DNA from: Candidatus Eiseniibacteriota bacterium
Lineage (GTDB): Bacteria > Eisenbacteria > RBG-16-71-46
Assembly: GCA_963776245.1 (NCBI GenBank)
Contig: CAVZLN010000006.1
Location: forward strand, 608,001-672,000
Length of the DNA stretch: 64,000 nucleotides
Reading direction: 5' to 3'
The translations under genes were made by a program, and so were the position numbers. This document shows, one piece after another, positions 30,301-41,723 of the stretch. A model generated the notes under the pieces. That model did no database searches and had not been told where the DNA came from. It saw nothing but the letters and a program-made list of their open reading frames with translations. Positions within the stretch are counted from its first letter, which is position 1. Each line of letters starts with the position of its first letter.

Positions 30301-33045
30301 ACGCGCACGGCGTGCCGGTGGGCGCGCGCACGCTGGTGACGCTCGAGAGCACGCTCGGCCGGGTGCGCCTCGACGACCTGGATCCCGCCACCGCCGGCGT
30401 GCAGATCGCCGTCGAGGGCGGCCGCGCGCGGGTGCCGCTGGAATCACCGGCCGCCCCCGGGGTCGCGCGGCTGACGGCGGCGACCGGCGAGCTGCACGCG
30501 GTGGCGTTCGTCCCCTTCACCACCGAGCCGCGGCGGCTGCTGGCGGTGGGCACGCTCGAGGGCGTGCTGGGCTGGAACGGCTTCTCGCGGCGCGGTGCCG
30601 CGGCCGACCCGCGCGAGGCGCGTTTCGAGTCGCCCGCCGAGCAGTTCGCGAGCGTGAGCCGCGACGGCCGCGCGAGCGCCGCGGCGCGCGGCGCGTTCTT
30701 CCTCAAGGGGCGGGCGGCGGGGCCGTGGTCGCTCACCCTCGGGTACGACTCCGACCGCGAGCGCGACGCCCGCCGGTTCCGCGACCTGCAGCCCGACGCG
30801 GGCTACACCGTGCTGGGCGACGCGTCGGTGCGCGGCTACGACGCGCAGAGCACCGGCCGGCTCTATTCCCGGCTCGAGCGTCCGGGCGCCTGGCTGCTGT
30901 ACGGGGACTATGTCACGCAGGGCATCGGATCACCCGCCGAGGGCGGCACGCGCGCGCTGGCGGCCTACAACCGCAGCTTCTCGGGGGCGCAGACGCACTG
31001 GGAGGAGGGCGCGGTGCGGGTGGACGCCTTCACCAGCCGCGATCGCACCCGCAGCCGCGTCGACGAGCTCCCGGGCCTCGGGATCTCGGGCCCCTACCAG
31101 TTGCGCGCGTTCCCATTCGTGGAGAACACCGAGCGCGTCGAGGTGCTGGTGCGCGACCGCGAGCACCCGGGCGTGGTGCTGAGCACCTCGGCGCGCGAGC
31201 GCTTCACCGACTACGAGGTGGAGCCGTTCACCGGGCGCCTGCTGTTCCGCGCCCCGGTGCCCAGCCTCGACGCGGCGATGAACCCGGTGTCGGTGCGCGT
31301 GACGTACGAGGTGCGCACCGCCGACGGCGGCCCGGCCGGCGATCCGTTCTGGGTGCACGGCGCGACCGCGCGCTGGCAGGCGGCGTCCGCGCTCGAGCTC
31401 TCGGGCACCGTGGTGGACGATCACGACCCCGCTGCCCCGCGCGAGCTCCGCGGCGCGGCGTTCCGCACGCGGCTGGCGCCTCGCACCACGCTGGAGGGCG
31501 AGTGGGCGCTCACCCAGCGACTCGGCACGACCGCCGGCCAGGGCGGGCGGCTCGAGTTGCGGCACGCGGCCGGCGGCATCGACGCGCATCTGTGGGGAGC
31601 GTCCACCGGAGCGCGCTTCGACAACCCGTTCGCGGGTTTCGCGGGCGGACGCGACGATGCGGGCGGCCGGCTGGAGGCGCGCCTCGCCGAGCGCACCCGG
31701 CTCACCGCCGAGGCGTCGTACAGCGGGGACGCCGCCGGGCGCGACCGCCGCGGCGGCGGCCTGCTCGCGCTCGACCGCGCGCTCTCGGACGCGTGGCGCG
31801 GCCAGCTCGGGGTGCGCGTCTCGGATGGCACGGTGCGCGCGAACGGCGAGGACCCGCTGGTCGCCGCGGTCCGCACCCGGCTCGGGTGGCAGCCGCGCTC
31901 GCGCCCCGAGTGGACGAGCTACGCCGAGGGCGAGCAGGACGTGCGCGAGGCGCGCCGGCGCATGGCGGCGCTGGGGAGCGAGTACCGGGTCGCGGGGCGC
32001 GGGCGGATGTACGCGCGCCACGAGCTGATCTCGAGCCTCGGCGGCGCGTTCGACCTCAACGGCGCCCAGCAGCGCCTCGCGACCGTGCTGGGCGTGGACG
32101 CCGACGTGCGCAGCGACCAGCACGTGTTCGGCGAGTACCGCCTCGCCGACGTGCTGGCCGGGCGCGAGGCGCAGGCGGCGGTCGGGCTGCGCAACGGATG
32201 GCAGGTCGACCCCGACGTGCGGCTGGGCACCTCGTTCGAGCGCGTGAGCCCGCTCGGCGAGGGACACCCCGCGTCCGGCGCGACCACCGCGGCCGCGCTG
32301 GCGGTGGACTTCACCGGCGACGTCGGCTGGAAGGGGTCGTCGCGGATCGAGGTGCGCGCGAACCGTTCCGACACCCAGTTGCTGCAGACGCTCGCCGCCG
32401 CGGTGGCGCTGGACAGCGCGTGGACCGGGCTGTTCCGCTACGCGCTGAGCGTGACCGAGGCGCATGCCGCCGACGCCGCCGGCGCGGCGCGCGCGCGCCT
32501 GCAGGTGGGGCTCGCGTGGCGCCCGGGCGGCCGGTGGGAAGGGCTGGCGCGCTGGGAGGGCCGCTACGACCGCGGCGCCGCCGCGCTCGCGCCCACCGCG
32601 ATGGAGACCGGCGACCCCGATCCACGCGGGCGGCGGATCGCGGGCATCGTCTCGCTGCACGCCGACGGCCCGATGGGTGATCACGACGTGATGTCGATCG
32701 CGTGGGCCGGCAAGCTCACCCGCGAGGAGTCGTTCCTCGCCGCCTCGAACGGCGGCGGGCAGTGGCTGCGCGCGCGCGCCACGCGCGACCTGGCGGACGG
32801 CTGGGACATCGGCTGGACCGCGAGCGCGCTCACCGGCAGCCGCTGGAGCCAGCGCCGCTGGGGCCTCGGCGCCGAACTGGGCCGCCAGTTGCCGATGGGG
32901 CGTGTGGCTGACGCTCGGCTTCAACCAGTTCGGCTACCGCGACGACGAGCTGACCGAGGAGGAGTGGACGCGCGAGGGCGGCTACCTGCGCCTGCGCATG
33001 AAGCTCGACGAGAGCACGCTGCGGCGCGCGGGAGGCCGCCGATGA
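27380..33045 (+). CDS. Very large outer-membrane protein with Ig/DUF11/SdrD-B-like domains and a C-terminal beta-barrel (gene C); multiple frameshifts at 27690-28800 and near 32900; start uncertain (27380-27605)
   Basis: Hydrophobic signal then APIAGTPIANTA. Complete DUF11 (LFAEKAAS...VRDVLP...AVNRATA). SdrD-like motif GTVGLDADRDG...GLAGVRL. Long run of amphipathic strands. Corrected end VWLTLGFNQFGYRDDEL...GGYLRLRMKLDE stops at 33043-33045. Confidence 0.8.
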
Positions 33046-36000
33046 GGCGCGCGTGGGCGGCACGGCGGGCGGCGCTGCTGGTGGCCGCGATCGCGCTGTC
33101 GGCGGCGGCGGCGGCGCCGGCGCGGGCGCAGATCGTGCGGGCGTTCACGCCGCGCTTCACCACCAACGCGCCGGGCGACATCACGATGATCGGCAACACG
33201 CTGATGTCGTGCTCCAACGGCGGCACGTGCACCAACGGCCGCAACGGGACCGGCGGCAGCGTGAACGACAATGACTTCACCATGGTGTACGTGGACGTGG
33301 ACGGCGACGCGTCCACCTTCAGCTCCAGCACCGCCGACCTGGCGCTGCCCTCGGGCGCCACCGTGCTGTGGGCCGGGCTGTACTGGGGCGGCGATTCCAA
33401 CAACGCCAGCCGCGGCACCTGCCGTCTGGCCACCCCGGTCGCCGGCTACGCCACCATCACCGCCCTGCGGGTCGACAATTCCGGCAACGTGTATCAGGGG
33501 ATCGCGGACGTGACCACCCAGGTGCGCGCGGGCGGCAATGGCACCTACCGGGTCGCCAACGTGTACTCGACCCCGAACTCGACCAACCGCTTCGCCGGCT
33601 GGGGGCTGGTGGTGGTCTACCAGCTCACCTCGCAGCCGATGCGCAACCTGGTCGTGTTCGACGGCTTCGGTCAGGTGGTCAACGGTTCGCCCATCACCAT
33701 GACGGTGAATGGGTTCGTGACCCCGCCCGCCGGGCCGGTGCGGACCCGCCTCGGGGTGCTGGCGCATGAGGGCGACCTGGGGTTCACGGGCGACGCTTTC
33801 AACCTGAACGGCGTGGCGCTCTCGAACACCCGCAACCCGGCGACCAACTTCTTCAACAGCTCGATCAGCCGCTTCGACACCACGGTCACGGCCAAGAACC
33901 CGAACTACCTCAATCAGCTCGGCTTCGACATCGACATGGTGAACGCCGACGGCCGGCTGGCGAACAACGCCACCAGCGCCACCATCCAGCTCACCTCGAA
34001 CGGCGATACCTACTTCCCGGGCGTGGTGTCGTTCGCCACCGACCTGTACGCCCCGGTCATCGACGGGGACAGCTTCCAGAAGCGCGTGGTGGACTCGAAC
34101 GGCGGCTCGGTGCGGCCGGGGGACGTGCTCGAGTACACGCTGGTGATGCGCAACGTCGGGCAGGACAACGCCACCCAGACGGTGATGCGCGACACCCTCC
34201 CGGCCAGCGTCAGCTATGTCTCGGGATCGCTCAGCGTGGTGAGCGGCGCCAACGCCGGCGCGAAGACCGACGCCGCGGGCGACGACCAGATGGAGTACCT
34301 CGCCGCCGCGCGCGCGGTGGTGGCCCGCGTGGGCACCGGCGCCAACGCCGCCACCGGCGGGCAGATCAACGTGAACGACTCCACCGTGGTGCGCTTCCGC
34401 GTGACGGTGAACGTGCCCACCCCGAGCGGCACGGTGGTGGGCAACCAGGCGGGGATCGCGTACGTGGGCGCTCAGACCGGCGCCACGCTGCTCGGGCGCA
34501 GCGACGGCGACCTCGCGACCGGCGGCGCGCAGCCCACCAACGTGACGGTGGTGGCGGCGAAGCTGTCGGGCACCGTGTTCGAGGACGCGAACTATGGCGG
34601 CGGCGCGGGGCGCTCGCTGCTCGCCAGCGGTGGCGCCGGGCGGCCGGGGGCGCGGGTCGAACTGTATGGAAGCAGTGGAGCGTATCTCGACGCCGATACC
34701 ACCGGGGCCACCGGGGCCTACGCCTTCGACGGCTGGCCCGCGGGGTCGTACACCGTGCGCGTGGTCGGCGCGTCGGTGACCTCTTCTCGCAGCGGGGCGG
34801 CGGCGGGCCAGCTGCCGGTCCAGACCTTCCGCACCGTGGGTTCCTCGGGGACCGCGGTCGCGGACCCGGACCGGGTCGGCGGCGAGACCCCCGCGCTCGC
34901 CGATGCCGCGGCCAACACCAGCGCCGCCACGCTCGCCTCGCTCACCACCGGCGCGGCCACTCCGCAGTCGGTCACGCCGGTGGTGCTCGGCACCGCCGAC
35001 GTGGCGGGGCTCGACTTCGGATTCAACTTCGACACCATCGTGAACGCGAACGACAGCGGCCAGGGATCGCTGCGCCAGTTCATCGTCCACGCCGACGCGC
35101 TGGGCAACGCCGGGCTCGCGCAGGCCGGGCTGCCCGCAGGCCTCGAGACCAGCGTGTTCATGGTGAGCGACGGCCTCGCGCATCCCGGCCTGCGCGCGGG
35201 CCTCGCCAATCTGCTCACCGCGGGCGTGGTGCGCGTCACGCTCGCGAGCGCGCTGCCCGCGCTGAGCGACGCGGGCACCCGCATGGACGGCAGCACCCAG
35301 TCGCGGAACGTGGGCGACACCGCCGCAGGACTGCTCGGCACCGGCGGCGTGGTGGGCGCCGAGGACCTGCCGCTGCCTCAGTTGCCCGCACCCGAGGTCG
35401 AGGTGCGCGACGGCGCGGGCCTGGCGATCGGCTTCGACGTGACCGGCGCCAACGTGACGCTGAGGGCACTCGCCATCACCGGCTTCGGCAACGCCGCGGG
35501 GAGCGACTCGCACGCCGACGTGCGGATCGGCGCCGCGGCGAGCGGGGCGCGGCTGGAGCGCTGTGCCATCGGCACCACCGCGACCAGCTTCACCGACCCG
35601 GGCGCGCTGCGCTCGGGCGGCGACCACGTGCGCGCGCTGGGGGGCGACAACGGGGTCATCGACTCGTGCCTGATCGCGTTCGGCGCCGGCAACGGGCTCG
35701 CGCTCACCGCCGGCTCCAATGGCTGGAACGTGACCGCCACCGAGTTCCGCCAGAACGCCCAGTCCGCCAGCGCGCGCGCCGGTGTGAGCGTGGAATCCAG
35801 CGGCGCGCTGAGGCTGGCGCGGTCGCTCGTGATCGAGCATCCGGGCCCCGGCGTGGACGCCGCCGCGAGCGCGGGCGGCGACCGCTTCGACTCGCTGACG
35901 GTGCGCAGGAGCGGTCTCGCCTCGGTGGCGGGCGTGCCGAACGCCGGCCTGCGGATCGGCGGCGCGGGCAGCCGCGTGGACCGCTGCGCGCTCGCCGACA

Positions 36001-37981
36001 ACGTGGGCGCTGGCGTGATGGTGACGCGCGACCGCGAGCGGGGCCGTGATCACGCGCAACCGCGTCGCGGACAATGGCACGGTGGCGGGCGTGAGCGGGA
36101 TCACCGGCCAGATCGGGATCGACCTGCTGGCCGCCGGCGACGACGCCGCGCGCGGCAGCGCGCCGTACGTCACGCTCAACGATCCCGGCGACGGCGACGC
36201 CGGCGGCAATGGACTGCTGAACTTCCCGGTGCTGGAGAGCGCGGTGCTCTCGAACGGCCAGTTCACGCCTCCAGGGCTGGGCGCGTCCGGGCGCGACCAT
36301 CGAGCTGTTCGTGGCCGCGCTCGATCCGAGCGGTTTCGGCGAGGGCCGCGCGTGGGCCGCCACGTTCGTGGAGGGCTCGGTCGCCGATCTCGACGCCGCG
36401 ACCAGCGCCTACTCCGGCCTCGTGAACGGGCTGGCGCAGGGCGCGGACAACACGCGGCGCTTCCGGTTCACGGGGGCGGCGCCGCCCGGCGTGGCCGCGG
36501 GCGTGGCGCTGACCGCGACCGCCACGCTCGCCGGCTCCGGGACCTCGGAGTTCTCGGGCCGCGTGCTGGTGACCGCCGGCGTGGCGGTGCGGGGCGCCGC
36601 GTACGACGACCGCGACCACAATGCGCAGCAGGACGCCGGGGAGAGCGGCACCGGGGCCGCGCTGTGGGCCAAGCTGGTCCCGGCCGGAGGGCTCGGCGCC
36701 CAGCAGGTGGCGACCGTGGATCCCGCCACCGGGGCGTACGCGTTCACGTTCGTGAACGCCGCGACGTACGACGTGGTGCTCGACGACAACCCCGACCCGG
36801 ACGACCTGACCGCCGGGCGCCCCGCCGGCTGGATCGGCACCGAGACCGAGAGCGGCGTGCTCGCCGGGGTGATCGTGGCCGCCACCGACCGGAGTGGTCT
36901 GGACTTCGGTCTGTGGCACGGCAGCCGCGTGGACGGCACCGTGTTCCGCGATGACGGCGCCGGCGGCGCGCTCGCCAACGACGGCGTGCGACAGGGCGCC
37001 GAGGGCGCGGTGGCCGCGGCGCGCGTCCGGCTGCTGGGAGCCGGCTGCGCGGGCGGGACGTGCGACAGCGCGACCACCAGCGCGACCGGGGCCTTCCGCC
37101 TGTGGCTCCCGGCGGCCGCCGCCGGCGCGGGCATGCGCGTGGCCGAAGTGGACCCGAGCGGATGGCTCTCGACCGGCGGGCAGCCGGGCACCACCGCGGG
37201 CGCCTACGCGCGCGCCACCGACGACGTGACGTTCGACGCGGCGGCGGGCGTGGTGTACGACGGCGTGGCGTTCGGGGACGTGCCGCTCAACACCTGGACG
37301 CCGCCGCTCACGCGCGCCGTCGCGGCGGGCGGGGTCGCGGCCTACGCGCATCGGTTCACCGCCGGCAGCGCGGGCACGGTGAGCTTCGGCATCGCCGAGA
37401 CCCCGGTGCCCGCGCTCCCGGGCTGGAGCGTGACGCTCTACCGCGACCTCGACTGCAATGGGGTGCTCGACAGCGGAGAGCCGGTGCTCCCGGCCACCGT
37501 CGCGCTCGCGGCCGGGCAGTCGCTGTGCGTGATCGCGCGCCACGCCACGCCCGCGGGAGCTCCGAACGGCGCCGCCGAGACCGCGACGCTCACCGCCGCG
37601 TACGCCTACGTCAACGCCGCGCCCGCGCTCGGGTCCGGCAACGCGCTGTCCGACCTGACCACCATCGCGCTCGGCAACGGTCTGGTGCTGGCGAAGAGCG
37701 TGGACGCGGTCAACGTCGCGCCGGGCGGCACCCTGACCTACACCATCACGTACACCAATCCCGGCGGGCAGCCGCTCTCGGGCATCGTGATCCGCGACGC
37801 CACGCCACCGTGGACGGTGTTCGACTCGGCGGGCTGCGCGGCCCTCGGCGCGGGCCTCACCGGGTGCGCGCTCAGCCAGCAGCCCGCCGCCGGCGCGACC
37901 GGCGACGTGGCCTGGACGCTCGCCGGCACGCTGGCCCCCGGCGGCAGCGGCAGCGTCACCTTCAGCGTGCGCGTGCCCTAG
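33042..37981 (+). CDS. Large secreted adhesin-like protein with N-terminal domain, DUF11, SdrD-B-like, parallel beta-helix and C-terminal DUF11 (gene D); frameshifts near 36030 and 36268
   Basis: ATGA overlap with the gene C stop and SD GGAGG. Signal MRRAWAARRAALLVAAIAL...ARA/Q. Motifs SFQKRVVD...PGDVLEYTL...RDTLP...VGNQAG, NANDSGQGSLRQFI and NGLLNFPVLESA. Ends VTFSVRVP*. Confidence 0.85.
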
Positions 37982-37997
37982 CGGCGCCGCGCGCTCC

Positions 37998-38846
37998 TCA
38001 CCCGAGCGATATCAGCGTCCCGGCGGACAGCGCCACGCCCAGACCCCACGCCTGGGCCGCGGTCCAGCGTTCGCCCTGGAACAGGCGCGCGAGCACCACG
38101 GTGGTGGCGGGCGCGAGCGACACCAGCGCCGCGACCAGCGCGAGGTTCCCGCCCTGCACCGCGAACCAGAACGCCACGTTGGCGGTGGAGTCGAGCGCGC
38201 CGGCCGCGAGGGCCGGGCCGCGAGCAGCAGCGGCCGGCAGCAGCGGGCGCCGCTGCGCCAGCACCAGCACCGCGAGGATCGCCACCGAGACGCTGCGCGC
38301 GAGCACCAGCGGCCCCATGCCGGCGTGGGTGCCGACCCGCGCCACGCACACCAGGAACGCGCCGGCGACCAGCCCCGCGGCGGTCGCGACCACCATGGTG
38401 CGTCGCACGTGCGCCCGCGACGGCGCCGCGGCGTGCGTGCCGGTCTGCGCCAGCAGCGGGATCGCGAGCACCGCGAGCGCCACGCCGGTCCACGCCCGCG
38501 GCGTCGGACGTTCGCCGAGCGCCACCCCCACCAGCACCGGCAGCACCAGCGCGATGATGCACACCAGCGGCGAGGCGAGACTCACCGGCCCGAGTGCGAG
38601 CGCCCAGTAGATGAGCGTGGCCCCGGCGGCCCCGCAGGCGCCCGCCGCCGCGCCCCACGCGAGGTCGGCGGGGGTCGGCGTGCCGCGCGTGAGCGCCAGC
38701 CCGAGGACCAGCACCGCGAGTGCCCCGAGCCCGGAGAAGCACGTGATCACGATCGCCGGCGCGCGGCGCGCGGCCACCCCGCCCGCGAAGTCGCCGCTGC
38801 CGTAGCAGAGCGAGGCCAGCGCGCCCAGCAGCAGGGCGAGCGTCAC
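37998..38846 (-). CDS. EamA/DMT family transporter
   Basis: LCYGSGDFAGGVAARR, ALALGPVSLASP, GERP and LVSLAPATTVVLA...GER, with about 10 hydrophobic segments. GTGA overlap with the upstream gene. Confidence 0.88.
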   Translation of the reverse strand: MTLALLLGALASLCYGSGDFAGGVAARRAPAIVITCFSGLGALAVLVLGLALTRGTPTPADLAWGAAAGACGAAGATLIYWALALGPVSLASPLVCIIALVLPVLVGVALGERPTPRAWTGVALAVLAIPLLAQTGTHAAAPSRAHVRRTMVVATAAGLVAGAFLVCVARVGTHAGMGPLVLARSVSVAILAVLVLAQRRPLLPAAAARGPALAAGALDSTANVAFWFAVQGGNLALVAALVSLAPATTVVLARLFQGERWTAAQAWGLGVALSAGTLISLG

Positions 38847-40336
38847 CGGCCGCGTTCCTTCACGCGCGCCGCCACCGATCCTCGACCGCGGACCGCCGCC
38901 CCGGCGCGCTCCAGCGCGATCAGGTGCGCCAGCAGCGAGCGCTCGGCGTAGCCCCACAGCGCGCGCGGCGTGTCGGTGTAGGCGCGTTCCACCAGTTCGC
39001 CGAGCGTGCGCGGCTCCTCCCCGAGCGCCGCGACCACCTTGGCCTCGCGCCCGCGCCGGTGCTCCAGCAGCGCGGCGATGCGCCGGTAGGGCGCGCCCTG
39101 CGGGGACCCGTGGCCCGGGAACAGGCACGCCAGGTCGAGGCGCGCGAGGCGCTCGAGCGAGGCGATGTACTCGGCCATGTCCCCCTCGGGCGGATCGATG
39201 ATCACGGTGCCCGCGCCGCCCGGCACGTGGTCGCCGGTCAGCAGCGAGCGCGTGCGCTCGTGCAGGAAGCACAGGTGGCCGGGCGCGTGGCCGGGGGTGT
39301 GCACCGCGCGCAGCGTCCAGTCGCCGGCCTTGCCGGGAGCGAGCGGCACGCGGTCGCCGTCCGCGAGCGGGACGTCCACCTTCACGTGACGGCCGGTCTC
39401 GGCGTGCGCGCTCACCGGGATGCCGTAGCGCGCGCGCACCGCCTCGACCCCGGCGACGTGGTCGGGGTGATGGTGCGTGAGCAGGATCCGCCCGGGCCGG
39501 CGGCCGTCGTCGGCGAGGTGGTCCACCAGCGCGAACAGCTCCTCGAGCTCGCCCGGGTCGTCGCTGCCCGGGTCCACGATCGCCATGTCCGCCTCGCCCA
39601 CCAGGTAGGCGTTGGTGTGGGTGGCGGGCGGCAGCGGGCGCGTCTTCATCGGGTGGAGCACGATGCCCCACTTCAGCTCGATGCGCCGCACCGGGGAGCG
39701 CGCGCGCGCGGGCGCCTCCGCCAGGCGCTCGGGCAGGCGTTCCTCGCCCTCGGCGAGTGCCTGCAGCACGTAGAGCATGGGCGCCGCGAACGCGCACGCG
39801 CCGTCGGTCCAGCGCTGGAGCGCGTCGAGCGGGCGGATCCACTCCCCCGACTCCAGCTCGCCCGGGCGCACGTGCGGTTGCTGGGCGTCCTCGAGACGCG
39901 CGAGCCAGAAGATGGTGTCGAAGCGCACCGCGGCGAACGGCGGGGTCTGCCAGCGCCCGGCGAAGGGCAGGCGGTCGGCGCGGAAGTTCCAGCCGCGCTC
40001 GCGCGCGAGGTCCACGAAGCGCACCCCGCCCGCGAGCACGCGGTCGCGGTCCGACGCCAGCGCCGCCGGCTCGGGCGCCGGGCCGTCGAGCCCGACCAGC
40101 ACGCCCATCTCCTCGAACGCCTCGCGGATCGCGCACGCGCGCAGCACGCGCTCGTCCCCGGGGGCGGCACCCGCGATCGGCAGCTCCGCGTCCTCGGCGT
40201 CCGCCTTGCCGCCGGGGAACGCATGGAAGCCCGGCATGACGTTCACGGCGTCGCTGCGCCGGACCCAGAACACCTCGAGCCGCTCGCCGTGGCCGCGCAC
40301 CAGCACCACGGTGGCGGCCTCGCGGAACTTCGCCAT
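38843..40336 (-). CDS. NUDIX hydrolase / metallo-beta-lactamase (LACTB2-like) fusion protein
   Basis: FPGGKAD...CAIREAFEEMG (Nudix box), THHHPDH, HTPGHAPGH, TGDH and PGHG, with a winged-helix-like end (AERSLLAHLIAL). Confidence 0.88.
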   Translation of the reverse strand: MAKFREAATVVLVRGHGERLEVFWVRRSDAVNVMPGFHAFPGGKADAEDAELPIAGAAPGDERVLRACAIREAFEEMGVLVGLDGPAPEPAALASDRDRVLAGGVRFVDLARERGWNFRADRLPFAGRWQTPPFAAVRFDTIFWLARLEDAQQPHVRPGELESGEWIRPLDALQRWTDGACAFAAPMLYVLQALAEGEERLPERLAEAPARARSPVRRIELKWGIVLHPMKTRPLPPATHTNAYLVGEADMAIVDPGSDDPGELEELFALVDHLADDGRRPGRILLTHHHPDHVAGVEAVRARYGIPVSAHAETGRHVKVDVPLADGDRVPLAPGKAGDWTLRAVHTPGHAPGHLCFLHERTRSLLTGDHVPGGAGTVIIDPPEGDMAEYIASLERLARLDLACLFPGHGSPQGAPYRRIAALLEHRRGREAKVVAALGEEPRTLGELVERAYTDTPRALWGYAERSLLAHLIALERAGAAVRGRGSVAARVKERGR

Positions 40337-40365
40337 CGGCAGCGCCCCGGGCACGCGCCCTTCGC

Positions 40366-41723
40366 TCACGCCGGCCGGGCGACGACGCGCTCGACGGCGC
40401 GTTCGAACAGCCCGAGCGCCTCGTCGATCTCGGCCACGGTGATGTCGAGCGGCGGGCGGAAGCGCACGCTGCGCGTGCCGCACGCCAGCAGCATCATGCC
40501 GAGCTCGTACACCACGTCGGTGACCTGGTCGCGGACGGCCCCGTCGGGCAGGTCGATGGCGCACATCAGCCCGCGGCCGCGGGCGTTCGACAGCGTCTCC
40601 GGCCGCGCCGCCTGCAGCTTCCCGAGCCCGCGCAGCAGGTGCGCGCCCACGGTCGCGGCGTTCTCGATCAGGCGCTCCTCCTCGATGATCTCGAGGTAGC
40701 GCCGGCTGCGCACCATGTCCACCAGGCTGCCGCCCCAGGTGGAGTTGAGCCGGCTCGACACCTGGAACACGTTGTCCGGCTCCTCGTCGAGCATCGGCCC
40801 GCCGAGGAAGCCGCACACCTGCATCTTCTTGCCGAACGCCATCAGGTCGGGCTGCACGTCGAGGTGCTGGTGCGCCCAGAAGCGCCCGGTCAGGCCCACG
40901 CCGGTCTGCACCTCGTCGAACGACCAGCAGCGCGCGGTTCTCGTGCGCCAGGTCGCGCAGCGCGCGGAGGAACTCGGGGCGGAAGTGGTTGTCGCCGCCC
41001 TCGGCCTGGATGGGCTCGATGAGGACGCAGGCGATGTCGTCCTTGCGCTCGGCGAACGCCTGCTTCGCCTGCGCCAGGCTCGCCTCCTCGGCCTGCTGGA
41101 CGCGCGCCAGTTCGGCGGCGTCCACCGGGAAGCGCAGCTTCGGGGTGTCCACGCGCGGCCAGTCGAAGCGCGGGAAGTACTGGTACTTCTTCGGGTCGGC
41201 GGTGTTGGTGAGCGAGAGCGTGTAGCCCGAGCGGCCGTGGAACGCCTCGCGGAAGTGGAGCACCTGGTGCCCCTTCTCCGCGGTGTACCCGGCGCGGAAG
41301 TTCTGGCGCACCTTCCAGTCGAACGCGGCCTTGAGCGCGTTCTCCACGCCCAGCGTGCCGCCCGAGATGAGGAACAGGTGCGGCAGGTAGCCCGGGATGC
41401 CCACCCGGCCGAACACGTCCACGAACTCGGCCATCTCGACCGAGTAGATGTCGGAGTTCGACGGGTTCACCAGCGCGGCGCGCTGCAGCGCCGCGAGGAA
41501 GTCGGGGTCCTTCATCTTCGGCGTGGTTGAGCCCCAGCGGCAGCGTGGCGAAGAACGAGAAGGTGTCGAGCAGCCAGCGCCGGTTGCGCGAGTCCCACAG
41601 GCGGCGGCCATGGCTCTTGTCGAGGTCGAGCACGATGTCGTAGCCGTCCACCAGCATGTGGCGGCCGAGCGTGGCGTGCACCTCGCCGGGAGCCAGGTGC
41701 GGCGCGCGTATCGTCGGATTCAC
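40366..41723 (-). CDS. lat: L-lysine 6-transaminase (class III aminotransferase); frameshifts near 41522 and 40921
   Basis: Rebuilt across three frames: HMLVDG...FFATLPLGLNH, NPSNSDIYS, VENALKAAFDWK, AFHGRSGYTLSLTNT, IEPIQAEGGD, DEVQTG, FGKKMQV, SRLNSTWGG. Confidence 0.9.

Noticed and set aside
32982..36266. Long antisense and alternate-frame ORFs (also 24586..26523, 62032..63978, 3714..5363 and others)
   Set aside because: Shadow ORFs expected from high-GC codon bias. They show no family motifs and overlap well-supported genes.
28806..36425. 2539-aa giant ORF in the track
   Set aside because: Artefactual fusion of genes C and D through a frameshift near 32900. C has its own barrel-type ending and stop at 33045, and D has an SD, ATG at 33042 and a signal peptide.
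38843..41611. 922-aa aminotransferase-NUDIX-MBL triple fusion
   Set aside because: Caused by a frameshift in lat near 40921. The lat C-terminus (DEVQTG...FGKK) continues in another frame and stops at 40366.
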